Part shown: piece by piece, positions 42,771-57,960 of the stretch
Layout of the letters: each line of letters begins with the position of its first letter
Position numbering within the stretch: position 1 is the first letter of the stretch
NCBI RefSeq assembly: GCF_009914755.1
Contig: NC_060928.1
From: the human T2T-CHM13v2.0 reference genome, Homo sapiens
Length of the DNA stretch: 64,000 nucleotides
Strand: one strand, 5' to 3'
Made by a program: the position numbers and the translations under genes
Notes under the pieces: model-generated
Seen by the model: only the letters and a program-made list of their open reading frames with translations
Told to the model about the DNA's origin: nothing
The model's database searches: none

Positions 42771-44769
42771 GCGGGGCTTCTCTCGCTTTCATTGCTGACC
42801 CAGGGCGAGTGCTCCCTGGCCTCCTTCCCACCATTCACCTCCTTGCACCTGGATGGGGGCAAGGACTCCGGCCCCTACACCCTCCCACCGGTCCTTGGCA
42901 CCTGCTGTCCCTCTGCCAACGCTCTGTCCCTGTGTCCCTCTGCCCACACATCCCTTCTTTTAGTTTGCCTGACACCGACGCATCATCCTTCCAGGATTCA
43001 CTCAGGAGTTCTCTCCCCGGGAAGCACCCTCGGCCCTGCTAGCATCTTCGGCCTTGGTCTGGCTGCCACAGTGGTCTGGGGAGCAGGTGGTGCTCTCGAG
43101 TCCTCCGTGTCTCATGGAGCATAGGCTCCTTGAGGGCAGGGCTGGGTCATGATCACCTTCCCCATCATTGCTCCTGAGCATGGAGCTGGCCAAGCTGGGA
43201 CTTGCTGGGGCTGAGTGGCCCCTCTGCCCAGAGAGTCTCCTCTGGTGAGTCTGTACTCATCACTACCAGCCTGGCTCAGCCTTGCCCCGAGCTTCAGGGG
43301 GCACCCACTGGAGGTGGGCTACCTCTGAGCCTCTGGTTTCCCAATGGCATCCCCAGCTCTGGAGCTGGGGACCTGTGGGTACTGTCTCCTCCCCACCATC
43401 CTTGCTTCCAGGGCTCACCAGGAGAGGGCTGAGCATCCTCCAGGGTCTGGCGCTCCTGAGCACCGTCCTGGGCTCTGTGGTAGGAGCTGCAGCCTCCCCA
43501 TAGTGCCACATATAATAGACTGCATGTGCCTATTATTATTGGACCACTTGGCAAGTGCGAGGAGGACTGTGTTGGAAGGAGCATCTGTCTGTATCTTGTG
43601 GGCTCCATGAAGCAGGGACCAGGACCAGGTCTGCCTGATTCCCCACGGTGTCCCTAGCACCTGCCAGTGCCTGGCATGTAGTGGGTGCTGGTTACTGAGT
43701 AGGTTAATGAGTATTTCCCAGAGTCACCCTTGTTTCGACTTAACCTGCCCAGGGTGGGACCAGAAGGCAGCTGTGAGTCCCCGTGCGGTGTCTGGGCTGT
43801 GGGCAGGGGTGCAGTTGGCACCCGAGTGCCTTTGGAACTGCAGTGCCTGGACCTCTGGCATGTGGGCACAAAGCCAGCTCCCACCCGGTTCATGTCCCTT
43901 TCCTCCTGTAGCCTTCAGATGCCATCTGGGCTGGGACTGCTGCCTTCAGGGTGGTCCCTGGTTCTGCCCCCACCTCCCTGCTCTTCTGAGGCCCACTGAG
44001 CTGCCTGTAGCCAAGTCCTTCAAATACATGACCCGGGACATGGTGGGGCTGCTCTGATCTGGGGCAGATCTCCTGGGCCCCCCTCCTGCTCAGCTATCTG
44101 GTGGCCTGGTGTGGTGCTGTGAGCCTCGGCAGGGCCTCCGGCTGCCCTTGGGAGGGGCCAGTGGGTCATGTGTTGCTACAATCATCTCTGTGCGTGGCAC
44201 CTCCTTCCCAGGCTCCAGTGCTTTCTTTATGGCTGACTTGGGGGCAGGCTGCACCTTTTCTGGGTTTGCTCCATTTATCAATCCCTCCTGACAGTGCCAA
44301 TCGTGGCCCCATCACTCTCCTGTGCTCCCAGCTTCCAAATGCGCTCCTCCCTGCCTTTCTTTACCAGCCTTTAGAGGGAGGAAGGGGACACCGAGGGGAA
44401 GGGGAGTTATTTTTATTAAAATCTGCATGAGGGCCCACACTGCAGCTCTTAAGTGTTGCCTGCTTCACCTGCCAACAGTTCTGCAGGGAGGCAGGAGCAC
44501 AGCCATCCTCACTTACACAGCAGAAACAGAGAGGCTGAGGGAGTACCCCCAACGTTACACAGCAAAGAGCGGGGGCAGCTGGCATCTGAACCTAGGCAGC
44601 CTGGTGCCCGTCTATGCTCCTCAGCCTCTCATCGCTGCTCAGCAACGGCCTTATTACCAGAGAGAGTCCACGTGAGGGGGCCAGAGGGACAAAGTCCTTT
44701 GTCCAGGCAGCCATTTATTCAGCAAGCAATTCCGAGACCCTGATCACTGGGAATAGAGACGGGAACAAC

Positions 44770-44920
44770 ATTTTATTTGTATGCATTCATTTAATCTTCC
44801 ATAGTTAACACATATAAGTTAGGTGCTTTTATTAACTTCATTTTCCAAATGAGGAAATAGGCACAGAGGTGTTGAGTGACTTGCTTAAGGTCACACAGCG
44901 AGTAAGTGGGGAAGGAAGAC
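44770..44920 (-). mobile_element. MIR fragment
   Basis: CATTTTCCAAATGAGGAAA..GACTTGCTTAAGGTCACACAGC. Confidence 0.8.
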
Positions 44921-46014
44921 AGGATCTGGCCCCAGCTGTGTCTTGCCTTGGAGGCATTCACAAGCTAATGGGGAAGACAAGAGGAGTGTGCCCATCACCA
45001 TGCAGGGCTGTAGGATCCCGGGGGAGCACCGAGGCACCTGGAAACCCAGGTAGAAGCCTGACTGGGCAGCCTCCCAGGAGGTGGGGGCGGGAAGCCTCCG
45101 TGTGCTGAGGCCTGAGGGTGCCCACTTTCCCTGGAGCCCCACTCACCCCGCACCTGTGTCCTGTGGCTGCTGTGCCCCAGCCTGCGTGGGGTGCAGGGGA
45201 CACAGCGGGCATGGGCATGGCCCCTATTCTCTGGGGCTCTTCCAGGATGAGGGAGTAGCAGGGCTGGCCCAGCTGCTGAGGACCTGGTGCCAAGGCCCCA
45301 AAGAGCACTGGCCACAGAGTCTTCCATTCCGCTGAGGGCTGCCTCGTCCTGGGTGGGGTGGGCCGGCAGCCAGGCACCCCTCCTGTGGGGAACATGAATG
45401 CTTTAGTGGTAGAGCCTGGCATTGTGGACACCCAGTAGCCAAGTCTCCAGCAGCCCAGGCCGCTTCCCTCCCACTCACCCGCCTGCCACTCCTCGCTACT
45501 GTCCGTGACCTCGTCTGATAGAAAGCAGCTTTGCAATTGGAGGCCTCTTTTCAGGGAAGCCCTAGGGGTCCTTCTTCAGTACTCATGTGATGTCCACACT
45601 TGAGGCCCCTCACTGTCCTCTGCACACTTCCGGGCCTCCAGCTTGAAGGAAAAGGCTGGGAAGAAGAGTCCACGGTCAGGAGGAAGTGACTGCGATGAGC
45701 AGATTGAAGGACAGAGTGCCGGGACTTCCGCCGCTCATGGGCTGTGTGAGTCTTAACCTCTCTGTGCATCAGGTCTCAGGGTCAGAGAAACCCAGGGGGT
45801 GGGGAGGGCTGTGGCTCCACTGTACAGAACGTCCACCTCCTTCATACCTGAAAACCTTAGTTTTAACCAGAGTCACATTAGCGGAACGTCTCCCATCTGT
45901 CCTGTTCCTGTCACCACCGACCCAGCCCTGGTTCAGCCCCTTGGAGCAGGACAGCATTTTATGTGTGTCATACATATTCCACTGGGTACACAGGATGTTC
46001 GCCCCAGAGGACAG

Positions 46015-46165
46015 CTTCAGGGCACAACCTTTTGGGCTGATGGAAATGCTCTTTATGCTGATCGTGGTGGCTCCATGACTATATGGATTTGTTAAAACTC
46101 ATAAAACTGTACACTAAAAAGGGGTGAGCTTCACTGTGTATGTATTATACCTCCATTAAAAAATT
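46015..46165 (+). mobile_element. L1ME/MC 3' end fragment
   Basis: TGATGGAAATG..AAAACTCATAAAACTGTACACTAAAAA..TATACCTC. Confidence 0.75.
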
Positions 46166-46196
46166 CTTCATAAAGGTCTTACATATAGTTCTTAGA

Positions 46197-46198
46197 TT

Positions 46199-46230
<32 letters not shown>

Positions 46231-46529
46231 GAGACAGAGTCTCACTCTGTCACTCAGGCTGGAGTGCAATGGCGCAATATCAACTCACTCTACCTTCCGG
46301 GTTCAAGTGATTCTTCTGCCTCAGCCTCCTGAGTAGCTGGGATTACAGGCGCATATTACCACGCCCAGCTTTTTATTTATTTATTTATTTATTTGTATTT
46401 TTAGTAGAGATGGGAATTTGCCATGTTGCCCAGGCTGGTCTCGAACTCCTGACCTCAAGTGATCCACCTGCCTCATCTTCATCCTCATCAAAGTGTTAGG
46501 ATTATAGGCATGAGCCACCGTGCCTGGCC
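46197..46529 (-). mobile_element. AluS
   Basis: Antisense Alu with expanded (TTTA)n linker. Confidence 0.93.
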
Positions 46530-46559
46530 CCTTAGGAGAAACTATTGGTTTGCATATCT

Positions 46560-47390
<831 letters not shown>

Positions 47391-48197
47391 GAAAACATCC
47401 ATGTGTTCCCTTGAGCTGTGATGAACTTTGTTTTCTGGAAGAGAGAAACAGTGGGGAAGTGAAGTTTCTGGTGCAGGTAACTCACAGGTCCCGTTGGGGC
47501 TGTTAAGAGGCCTCGGAGAAGGCATTTTTTGTTTTGTTTGCTTTGCTTTTTAGCTTGGATTAATGCAATGTTGAGAGAAGGAGCAAATTGCAGAGTTATG
47601 ATTTAAGTCATTTAAGTGCATTTAAAAAACACAACATACACATAAGTAGCAAAAGTGAAAACAGTGAAACACCGATGGCTGTGTACCAACTTCCCTGTAA
47701 TTGTTGTCTGGGGAGAGGGAGGAAGGACAGTGCCCTCGGAGGAGCACGGAGCAGGTCTCTTGTAGCCGTGTTTTATTCCTTATAATAAAAAGATCTCTCC
47801 TCTGAGAGGCTGGAGACAAAAATAAAACATAAAATACAATAAAAAGTTAAAAAAAAAAAAAGATCTCAAGCAACCGTAAGTACCCAGGTGTGTGCTGCGT
47901 TGCTCTGCCCGTCTGGGATGGTTTTCAGCACCGCTGCTTTGTGGGAGTTGAGTAAGGGAAAATAAAGAGCCAAAATAAAGCCAAGTCTGAGAGTAGCCCC
48001 CAGAAGCATGCACTGTGGAGTCCTGAGGCTGTAGAGAGGCCGTCACCCAGCTTTCAAGGAGCCACATTAAAACAAGCTTTTGGAAGGTGATTTGTCACTG
48101 TTTCTCGAGAACTTTTCTGTTTGGCTTAGAAACTCCACTTTGGGGATTTAAGGGAAGAAAGAGAATTTGGACAAAAGCAAGAGAAAAGATATTTATC

Positions 48198-48541
<344 letters not shown>

Positions 48542-48929
48542 TTATCAGAATTCTCGAAACAGTAGGATATAATAAATTATATATTTAAATGCTAGAAAAT
48601 TTTGTATCATTTTAATAAAAATGGTGATGGAAAAATTTAATAACACAGAAAAATACTTACGGTTACCTTCTAAGTGAAAAAAGCAAAACAGAATTAGGCA
48701 TACCATAGGATCCATACATGAAAAAAATGTGAAGAAAAATCATCCTGAAGAAATGGATCAAAATGTTATCAGGGCGTGTCTAGCTGTTAATAGTTACTGC
48801 CTTATGTTTCCCAAGGTGTCATATTTTAGACCTAATTTAAGAAAGCAGGTGCTATGGGGTGGCCTTGTTAATGTGACGGCAAGAGGCGGCTCATTTCCAG
48901 CCAGTTGAGGCCTGAGTGCTTTGCTTCCC

Positions 48930-49065
48930 GTGATCTCATTGAAGCCACACGACATCCCTGCTGGCAAGCACTGTTACTGTCTCCATTTACAGATGAGGAA
49001 ACTGACTTCAGTGACTCGCCTGAGGTCACACAGCTAGTAAGTGGCAGAGTGGAGGTCAACCCCCA
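48930..49065 (-). mobile_element. MIR fragment
   Basis: CCATTTACAGATGAGGAAACTGA..GGTCACACAGCTAGTAAGTGGCAGAG. Confidence 0.85.
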
Positions 49066-49917
49066 AGTAGGAGTGGGAGCTTCGAGATGACCTGCCCCTG
49101 CTCAGAGCCCAGCTTCTCCTGGACTGACCAGGGCTGGCCACCGCCTGCCTCCACTCCCTGCTGGTGGCTGGGTCTGCCTGGCACAGCTTTCTCCACTTCC
49201 CCAGCGCCCACCCCATCCTGACGGCCTCTCACCTGTGAGTTCCCAGCCCTCCTGCTCCTGTCCTTGCTGCTGAGCGCTGGCCTCCCTGGAGACCCTGCTG
49301 TCTTCCCTGCCTGTCCCACCTGGCTCCCCTCAGCCCCAACACAGTCCCTGGTCCCAGAGGGAAGGTTCAGGCCTTCCCGGCCTCCCATCATCCCCCATGA
49401 CCTTGGCAATTGCCTGAGGAGGCATCTGTTCATCCCCTGTGATTCCCCAGCATGGAGACCTAGGATGGGGCGAGCCCTGAGCTCCCCAGGAGCAGGGACG
49501 TGCCTCACTCCACTTTGAAGAGGGGTCATTACTCCAAGTTTATAGGTGAGGAAACGGAGGCCCAGCCATGCGCATGCAGACGTGCCAGGGTCTCTCAAGT
49601 CTCCAGCTTGGTGTCACTCCCCCTGCTGCCCCTGGGCAGCTGAGCTACCTCCTCCACGAAGGCCACAGGCCTGCCCTTCTCACCGACCCTGTGATTCAGT
49701 GTGTGCCTCACAAGCCTGCCTGTGTCCCAGCACCCATGCTGAGTGGGAGCCCAGCATGGGGGAGTGGTGGATGAGGGTAACACCCCTGAGATCTATTCCC
49801 TGCAAGGATGTCCCCCCAGGCTTCTGCAGCCCCGGGGCTCCCTTCTAATGGACACTGATGGCTGTCAGCAGGAGCATGAGCCGATGTACCCACCATGTCC
49901 ACGTGGAGAGAATCCAT

Positions 49918-50011
49918 GCAACATTTGGGATATACTTACACTGAAAAATTATTTGTTGCTTATCTGAAACTCAAGTTTAGCTGGGCATCCCGACTTTATC
50001 TGGCAACCCTG
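49918..50011. mobile_element. MER53 half element
   Basis: GGGATATACTTACACTGAAAAATTATTTG..TATCTGGCAACCCTG. Confidence 0.8.
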
Positions 50012-50740
50012 TGCTGGACTGACATCCAGTGCCCGCCTCGCCTCTCTCCCATCCCTTTTTCACCTCCCTCGGGAAGCAGGAGGGACTCCCAGATAGTGAG
50101 TCTGCGGGGGAGGATGGCATGCTCAGCCCCTTCCCTGCTTTCCTTCTGAAAGGCACTCTGTAGGGTTGGGGCCGAGTGCCTGACCGTCTGGGTCCAAATC
50201 CTGGCTATGACCTTGGGCAACTTACCTGACCTCCCCACCTTGGCTTACTTATCTATGAAATGGGCATTGCGCTGTTGAGAGGGTTCTGTGAATTATTACT
50301 TACCAGACTTAGAATGGTGCCTGGCATAGAGTAGGTATCTGTTATTAAGGTTCTCCAGGATCTGCCTGGAGAGAGGGAGAGAGAGAGTGAGCTTTGGACT
50401 GCCCTCAGCTGCTGGGGTGAATGGGGGAGGCCCGTGGTTGTTGAGCCCTGCTGTGACTCAGTGAGTGAGTTTCATTCTGGGGTACAGCACCAAGGAGCCC
50501 CTTCTTTCATCCTGGCCTAATTGTAACAGAACCCACACTCTGAGCTAGGAGAGTGTGAACCCTGTGTCGGGCTCTCGGCTGGACAGGAAGTGTGGGCAGG
50601 GAGGAGAGGGCTGTTTATCCTCCTGCACATCCCATTGCTGTGGGCTCCTGAGGGTGGCACTGTGTCCTATTTCACCACGTCCCCCCACCGGGCGGGGGAC
50701 ACGGAGGCCCCTAAGGACAAATATGTCCCAACAGGGGCCC

Positions 50741-51160
50741 TCGATGGTTAATGGAATGGGTCAGCTTGGCGGGGCCACGATGCCCAGACATTTAGTCAAA
50801 CACCTGTCTGGATATTGCTATGGAGGTAATTTTTAAAGACAAGAGTAACGTTTAAATCACTGGGCTTTGAGTAACGTTGAGGACCCTCCACAATGTGGGT
50901 GGGCCTCATACAATCCATTGATGACTTTAAGAGAAAAAGCCTGGCCACCTCAAGGAGGAGGGAATTCTGTCTGCGGGCGGCCTCAGGACTCAAGCTGTGA
51001 CATCTGCTCCATCAGCTCTTCTCTGGGTCTCCAGCCTGCCCTGCAGATTTTGGACTGGCCAGACACTACCATCAGGTGAGCCAATTTCTTAAAAATAACC
51101 AGCCCCCCTACTCCCTGTTCTGGTTCTGTTCCGTTCCCTTGGAAAGCCCTGACTACCACA
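50741..51160 (+). mobile_element. MLT2D-like ERVL LTR
   Basis: GATGGTTAAT..GATGCCCAGA..GTGAGCCAATTTCTTAAAA..CCCTGACTA.CACA. Confidence 0.8.
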
Positions 51161-52329
51161 GGCACATTTGAGGGTCAGGTCACAGGACCATCAGCCCCTC
51201 TGTCAGCCGCAGAGTCCCGCATCCCTGCCTGTGCGCGCCGGTTCTGGGCAACGAGGGCCTGGCTTCCCCCACGTGGGCAGACCCCATGTTAATTGCCATC
51301 CAGGGCCTGGGGCTGCCTGTCTCGGCTTCTCATGGGGCATTTCTCTGCTACCTGGCAGGCAATCCCATCTCGACATTAAAAAGTCATTTCTTACAGACTG
51401 CTTGTTCATTTGTCAGCTTTTCTCCAGACAGAGAAAAGCTGTTTCACCCGACAGATCAGCCCCGCAGTGGAATTTCTCGGAGCCAGTGTTCCTCCCCTCC
51501 GTGCACCTCTGTTCTGACACAGTTTCCCCCTTTGGCTATCCAGCTTTGGTTTCTTGAATGTCCCCTCATCAATCACACCCCCGGCTATTCATCGTGTTTG
51601 TCTCTCGGAGCCATCGTTCTATGTCTCTCCTGTGGGTAGCAATGCTTATCCCCCTTTCCTGCCCCAAATGGAGATTGATTATCTTCACTTGTGCGCGCAG
51701 ATGAGAACTCATCCTGTGAGTTCAGACTGCGAGGGGGTCTGGAAGCTCAGTGGGTGCAGGGATCTGCCTCCCAACACCCAACTCCCACGTCTCCTTGGTG
51801 CTCAGTGGCCTCGTGCATTGGCGGCCCGAGTGCTCTACAGGGCGAAGGTTGTGCCTCCAGATGGCCGTGGATGGCGAAAGATGGCACGGACACTTCCACC
51901 CCACCCTCAGCCTCATCCCACCTGCCGTAACAGGTGCCGGTTCTTGTTGTTTCTCCCTTCTAAAGAGCTCTCATCTCTGTGGCATCCTCCCTTGTCCCTG
52001 CCCAGGCCTGGGCCCCCCATCTCCTACCTGGATATCCAGAGCCTCCTCCTCCCTTGCTGGCCTCTGTGTGCCCTTCACACTTCAGTGGGAGTGAGTACAT
52101 CACAGGCAAGCCTGACCCTGCAGCTCTGCGGGACGGGAGGGCCCAGGTCTGTAGCCTGGCTCTGCAGGGCTGTCTTGGCCACGCTCACCCAGGCTCCCCG
52201 GCTCCAGCCCATCGGCTCCTGCGATCTGGGTATGTTGCTGCCCTCCCTCTTGCCTCTGGGCCTGAGCACAGGACACTGCCTTTCCTGGTTCAGGTTTCAG
52301 GTTTCAGCTTATGGCAAAACTATAGCAAT

Positions 52330-52580
52330 AGTGACAATGATTGCCAGTGTTCATTGCTCTCTTCCACTGGGCCGGGTGCTGAGCTAAATAAGCCCTTGCC
52401 ATTCATTGTCTCACTTAACCCACAACACAACCCTGTAGGATTGCTGTGACTTTGGGCCCCATTTCACAGGTGGGAAAACTGAGGCTCAGAAGGTTTAAGG
52501 GAATGGCCTAGGTCTCATAGCTAGCACAGGGTGGAGCTGAGATTTGAAACCAGGCCTGTCTGAAGCCAGCATCTGCCTGC
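52330..52580 (-). mobile_element. MIR
   Basis: CCCATTTCACAGGTGGGAAAACTGAGGCTCAGA..GAGATTTGAAACCAGG. Confidence 0.8.
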
Positions 52581-53284
52581 TTAACCAGGGCACTCGGGGG
52601 CTTCCCTCATCCCAAGTTCCTGGTTGGTGCCCCTCCCGGGCTTCCGCTATCACCCCTGTGTCACGAATCAGTTTGATTCTCCACCCCGGGACTCAGCTGC
52701 AGAGCCTGGCGTGCCAGTACCCAGGAGACATTTGTTTGGAGCATGAGAGGGGACTGTGTGAGTCGGTGAATGGCTGCTGCTGGCATTGCCGAGGGGTGAC
52801 GAGCGTTGTCTGGCCCATGGGAATGTGAGGGACACAAGGATGTGCTGCGGTAACAAATAACCCGAGAGCTCAGGGCCCGGCAACGAGGAGCCCGGCGTGG
52901 GAGCTCCTGGCACTGGCCCTCCTGGCAACTCTCTCCAAGCAGTGACCCTGGAGCGGGGCACCCTCCCTCACAGCTTCCATGGGGAATGGAGGTGGACCGG
53001 GGAGCGGGGATGACCCCTGGGATGCTCTGGCTGGGTCCCAGATTGGTGCACCTCACATCTTCCCACACTGTGGGGGGTAGACCCAGGCCCACAGCCCTAC
53101 CTGGCCGCAAGGAGGGCTGGGAGGTGCTGCCCGTCTCAGCCTGGAAAGGGGAGGGGAGAAGGCAACAGTGGACCTGGACGGACTCTGTCACAGGGAGAAT
53201 GTTCTGAGCTTCACAGCTTCCGTCAAAGGAACCCCCAGAAATACCTGGGGGGTTCTCACTCTACTAAGTGAACGGAGATGCTCA

Positions 53285-53800
<516 letters not shown>

Positions 53801-55129
53801 TCATGATTCCTGACTTGGCATGGGAGGTGGCTTTTCTGGGTGGGTCAGAGCCTCATAGAAACACATCCGACATCTGTTGGGGGAGGTCCTGGTTGGCCTC
53901 GGGGGGACTTGGTGTCTGGGTCTAGGGACCTTCCCCGCTGCTGTTTCACATGGGCCTGGCTCTCTACACTCACTGGGGTCCCCGGGCTTCATGTCAACTA
54001 GTCAGGTGAAGTCTTGCTGGGAAAGCCCAGCACACATTGGGAGCACACATTTGTTAAAAGCGGTGTGAGAGTAAACGCCTCCCAGCCGTGCTGCCTGCTC
54101 GTGCTCTGGTCTGCTTGGGGTTTCCAGCTAAGCTGAACTAAGCATGAAAATTCAGCTTCCACCACAGAGGACCCGGGGTGCCCTGGGCAGGTGCCCAGCC
54201 AGGTTAGGGCTGGGATTCTCACTGGGGTGAAACTCGGGGAAGGAGGAGGCTGTCTGTTGGAAGAGTCAGTCTTTAGCAGGGACTACTCTGCCCTTGAGCA
54301 AATGAAGACAAAAGATGAATCCCAAGAAGCCTTGGGATTAGCTAAACACATGGAGGACAGCGGGGCTCTAGAGCAGACCCATGGAGAGGAGAAGAAAGAC
54401 AAGGGCACCACACCGGCTGAACCGAGGATGCTTCTGCCGTTTTTTCTCCTGTCGAGAAAGGCCCCTGGTGAATATTTGCTTTTGCCAAATAAACATGTGT
54501 GTCCAGAAGCAGCATCATGCTGTCCTGAGCAGCTAAAGGACAGTGGGAAAACCGGGGTTGCCAAGATTTACGTCTTGGCATGAGGCCTGGGGAATCTGCC
54601 CTACATGCTGAGCTCTGGCCACACTGATGTTTCTGAGAGCTGCGAGGAGAAGCTGCTTGGAACCCGGCAGGGCGGGGCTGATGTACCACAGGACGGCCCC
54701 TTCAGAAACAAGGGTTGGCCGGACTCACCCCTGGCCTGGGCCATGGGCTTCCGACAGCCTCTCTCCAAGGTGGCTTCAGCAGGACTGTGACATAGGAGGT
54801 GGCCTCATCACACCCCACGCAATGTGTGGATGTTCATCGGAGGCAGATCTGCAAGTCCCCTGGTTTCTCTCCCTTGTGCCGCGGCTTTGTCCTTAGAGAC
54901 GGGTTCCACTGGGTGGGCGTCTGCCATCCAGTGGAGCAGCTTCCAGTTCCAGTGGAGCAGCTCGGGGAAAACGAGGTGGCTGCTGAACGATGCTGGGTTT
55001 CTCCCGGGATGGGGGACCCAGGGCAGGGGAGAACATCAGCCATCAGCCTTGCTCCCCTGGCCCCATGGTCACCTGGGCCCCAGAGTGGAGCAGACAGCCC
55101 ATGAGGGGGTGCTTCTGTCTCCTAAGGTG

Positions 55130-55320
55130 GGAGAACCAAGTCACCATAAATTGGCTGCCCTCAAACGACAGTTCTCATAGTTCTGGAGTCCAAAGTCCAG
55201 GTGTCGGCAGGGTTGGCCCTGCCTGGGGCTGAGGGACGGTCTGATTCACAACTCTTGCCGGCCTTCTGGTGGTTGTGGGCCATCCTCCACACTCCTTGGC
55301 TTGCAGCCACCTCACTCGTG
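55130..55320 (-). mobile_element. MLT1C/D fragment
   Basis: TTCTCATAGTTCTGGAG..GGTGTCGGCAGGGTTGG. Confidence 0.65.
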
Positions 55321-55364
55321 GTGGTCAGGCAACTCCCTCCCTTCCTCCCATAACCACATCTGAA

Positions 55365-55480
55365 CTACCTAGTTGATGGGGTGATCTGTGCAGCAAATCA
55401 CCATGGCACACATTTACCTATGTAACAAACCTGTGTATTCTGCACATGTACCTTGAACTTAAAAGTTGAAGAATAAAAAA
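55365..55480 (+). mobile_element. L1PA (old) extreme 3' end
   Basis: CACCATGGCACACATTTACCTATGTAACAAACCTG..TGCACATGTACC..AACTTAAAA. Confidence 0.88.
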
Positions 55481-56516
55481 GAGATGACACCATTACAAAC
55501 CTCAGTGGCCCCCAGACCTACGGGTGGGTGTAACTGACAAGTAACTTGCTAATGACAAGACAGATGACTAAGAGTTGGAGGGATGGTCTGGTGGTGACAG
55601 GCTCCTACCTCCAGCCCCATGGTATCTCAGCTCAGTTCTGAAGGGTGACAAGAAGCCATTTAGGAGGGAAGGAGCAGCAGCTAGGGCCAAGGTGTGTTCT
55701 TCACCCCGAGGGGAACTGCGAGGGCAAAGGCCAGAGCAGGAAACCAAGGAGCCTGGTAGTCCCAGCTCAGCAGGCAACACTGAGCCCTGGGCTGTGAGCA
55801 TTTGCAGTTATCTCGTTCAGCCTTCACTACACTCTCAGAGGTCGCAGCCCTCCGGCAGATGATGAAACCACAGGTCTTTCTGGGGGCTGGGCTGCAGGTT
55901 ATGAGGGGCAGGTGGAGGGGCTGAGCTGGGGAGGTGTCCGGGAGAGGGGATGACTGTTAGAACAAGATTCTGGAGGGGAAGTTGAAAATTATCTTGTTCA
56001 GCCCCTCCAACTGTAATCTGCCAGCAAACCTGAGACCCAGGGCCTGGTTCATACCTCCGGGACTAGAAACTGACCTTCCCGTTCGCAGCTTGCATCCTTT
56101 CCCAATATGCGAACAGAGCTGACAGTCACGAAGGGTTTTACCCTGTTGCATCTCCTGATAAGGAACTGAACTACAGCTTTAGACTAACTCTGTCCCAACA
56201 GATGTAAACCATATGGGAGGATCTTTGCTACCCAGATTTAATTAAAAAATTGCAGAAATGGTGTGTGCTTTCCGTAAAGAATGTAAATGTTAGCTGGTAT
56301 AAAAAGAAAACCCCTGGCCGCGTAACTCCACTCCAGCAGTGACCATTCTTCACCGTTGGGTGGAGTCCTTGAGATTTGCTGCGAATGCATACAGGTATTA
56401 AATCATAATTCTCTGTTCCAGAGACAGGAGGGTGTGGGACTTGTGGTTTGGCACCTGGCTCCCACCCCCACCCTGTCAATTGGCTTTACCATTATAAGTT
56501 TGCACAAAGCCACCTC

Positions 56517-56816
<300 letters not shown>

Positions 56817-57485
56817 ACCACCTCATTCTTTAGTGGTTGTGGGGTCTGTCTCCATCAGATCGACTCTCCACTTATTTCACAAGTCTGATGTGAAGAGACA
56901 CCTTGGTGTTTTCCGGTTTTCTGGCTAGCGCACACATTGCCGCCTCACCATCGGGGGACATCATGCTTGTGCGTGCCTGCAAGTCTTCAACCAAGTATTT
57001 TTCTAGAAGCAGAATTTCTGGGTCAACGAAGTCACATATTTAAAGCTTCCATAGGGATTGTCGAAATGACCCCAAAGGGCCGTTCCAGTTAAAGTCCCAT
57101 TGCACAAGGCACAGAAGTCCCCACTTTCCCACACTTTTGTGGTGCTGAATGCTGGCAACCTTTTAAATTCCCACCTATCCGACAAGGGAAGGCAGTTGCT
57201 CTTTTTGTAACCTAGTCTGGCCACTGTGGCCCGGGGGCTGCTTCTGCCCTATCATCTCCCTTTCACCTCACCCCCTGATTCCTCTGTTTTGTCCTCAGTG
57301 GCCAACTGTTGAGTCTGTCGTCCACCTTGGTTCGCGGTATGCACTTCCCACAGGCCTCTCACACGTCATGTCTACCTGGGCATTCACCTTTATTTTACCC
57401 CTCTCTCCATTCACTTTTCTTCACGTTGTTTAATGTGCATTTTTGCTTATGTATGGTGTGCGTGTGTATAAATCTATATGCATGT

Positions 57486-57637
57486 ATTTTTGGGACAGAG
57501 TCTCGTTCTGTCACCCAGGCTGGGGTGCAGTAGCGCAATCTCAGTTCACTGCAGCATCAGTCTCCTGGACTCAAGTGATCCTCCCGCCTGGGCCTCCCAG
57601 AGTGCTGGGATTACAGGCATGAGCCACTGCGCCCGGT
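57486..57637 (-). mobile_element. Alu monomer (FRAM-like)
   Basis: About 150-bp single-arm antisense Alu. Confidence 0.8.
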
Positions 57638-57686
57638 TGTAAAGTGTATATTGATCTCTAATCATGTGCATGCATTTTGAGTGAAC

Positions 57687-57960
57687 TTTTAATTGAAGAA
57701 TAACATACATATAGAGAATATATATAGAAAAGTGTACAGGTCATATGCATAGCTGGAAGGATTTGCACAAAATATACTAGCCTGTGTCATCAGCACCCAG
57801 TTGGAGAAACAGAACTTCACTAGCATCTGTATAGACCTCCCTTGCTCCTCCTTCCCCAAACTATTTGTTCTACAGAGGATGGGTACTGGTTGTTTCTGGT
57901 TTGGGGCTATCAGGCACGGTGCTTCTATACCTGATACGTATATGTGGCTTTTGGTGAACA
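57687..57960 (-). mobile_element. L1MD/ME 3' end fragment
   Basis: TTTAATTGAAG.ATAACATACA..AAAAGTGTACA..CAGCACCCAG. Confidence 0.7.

Noticed and set aside
51554-52387. 277-aa plus-strand ORF
   Set aside because: TTG start, runs into a MIR and has no homology I recognise.
54927-54962. 15-bp direct repeat TCCAGTGGAGCAGCT with period 21
   Set aside because: Ordinary small slippage duplication with no further structure.
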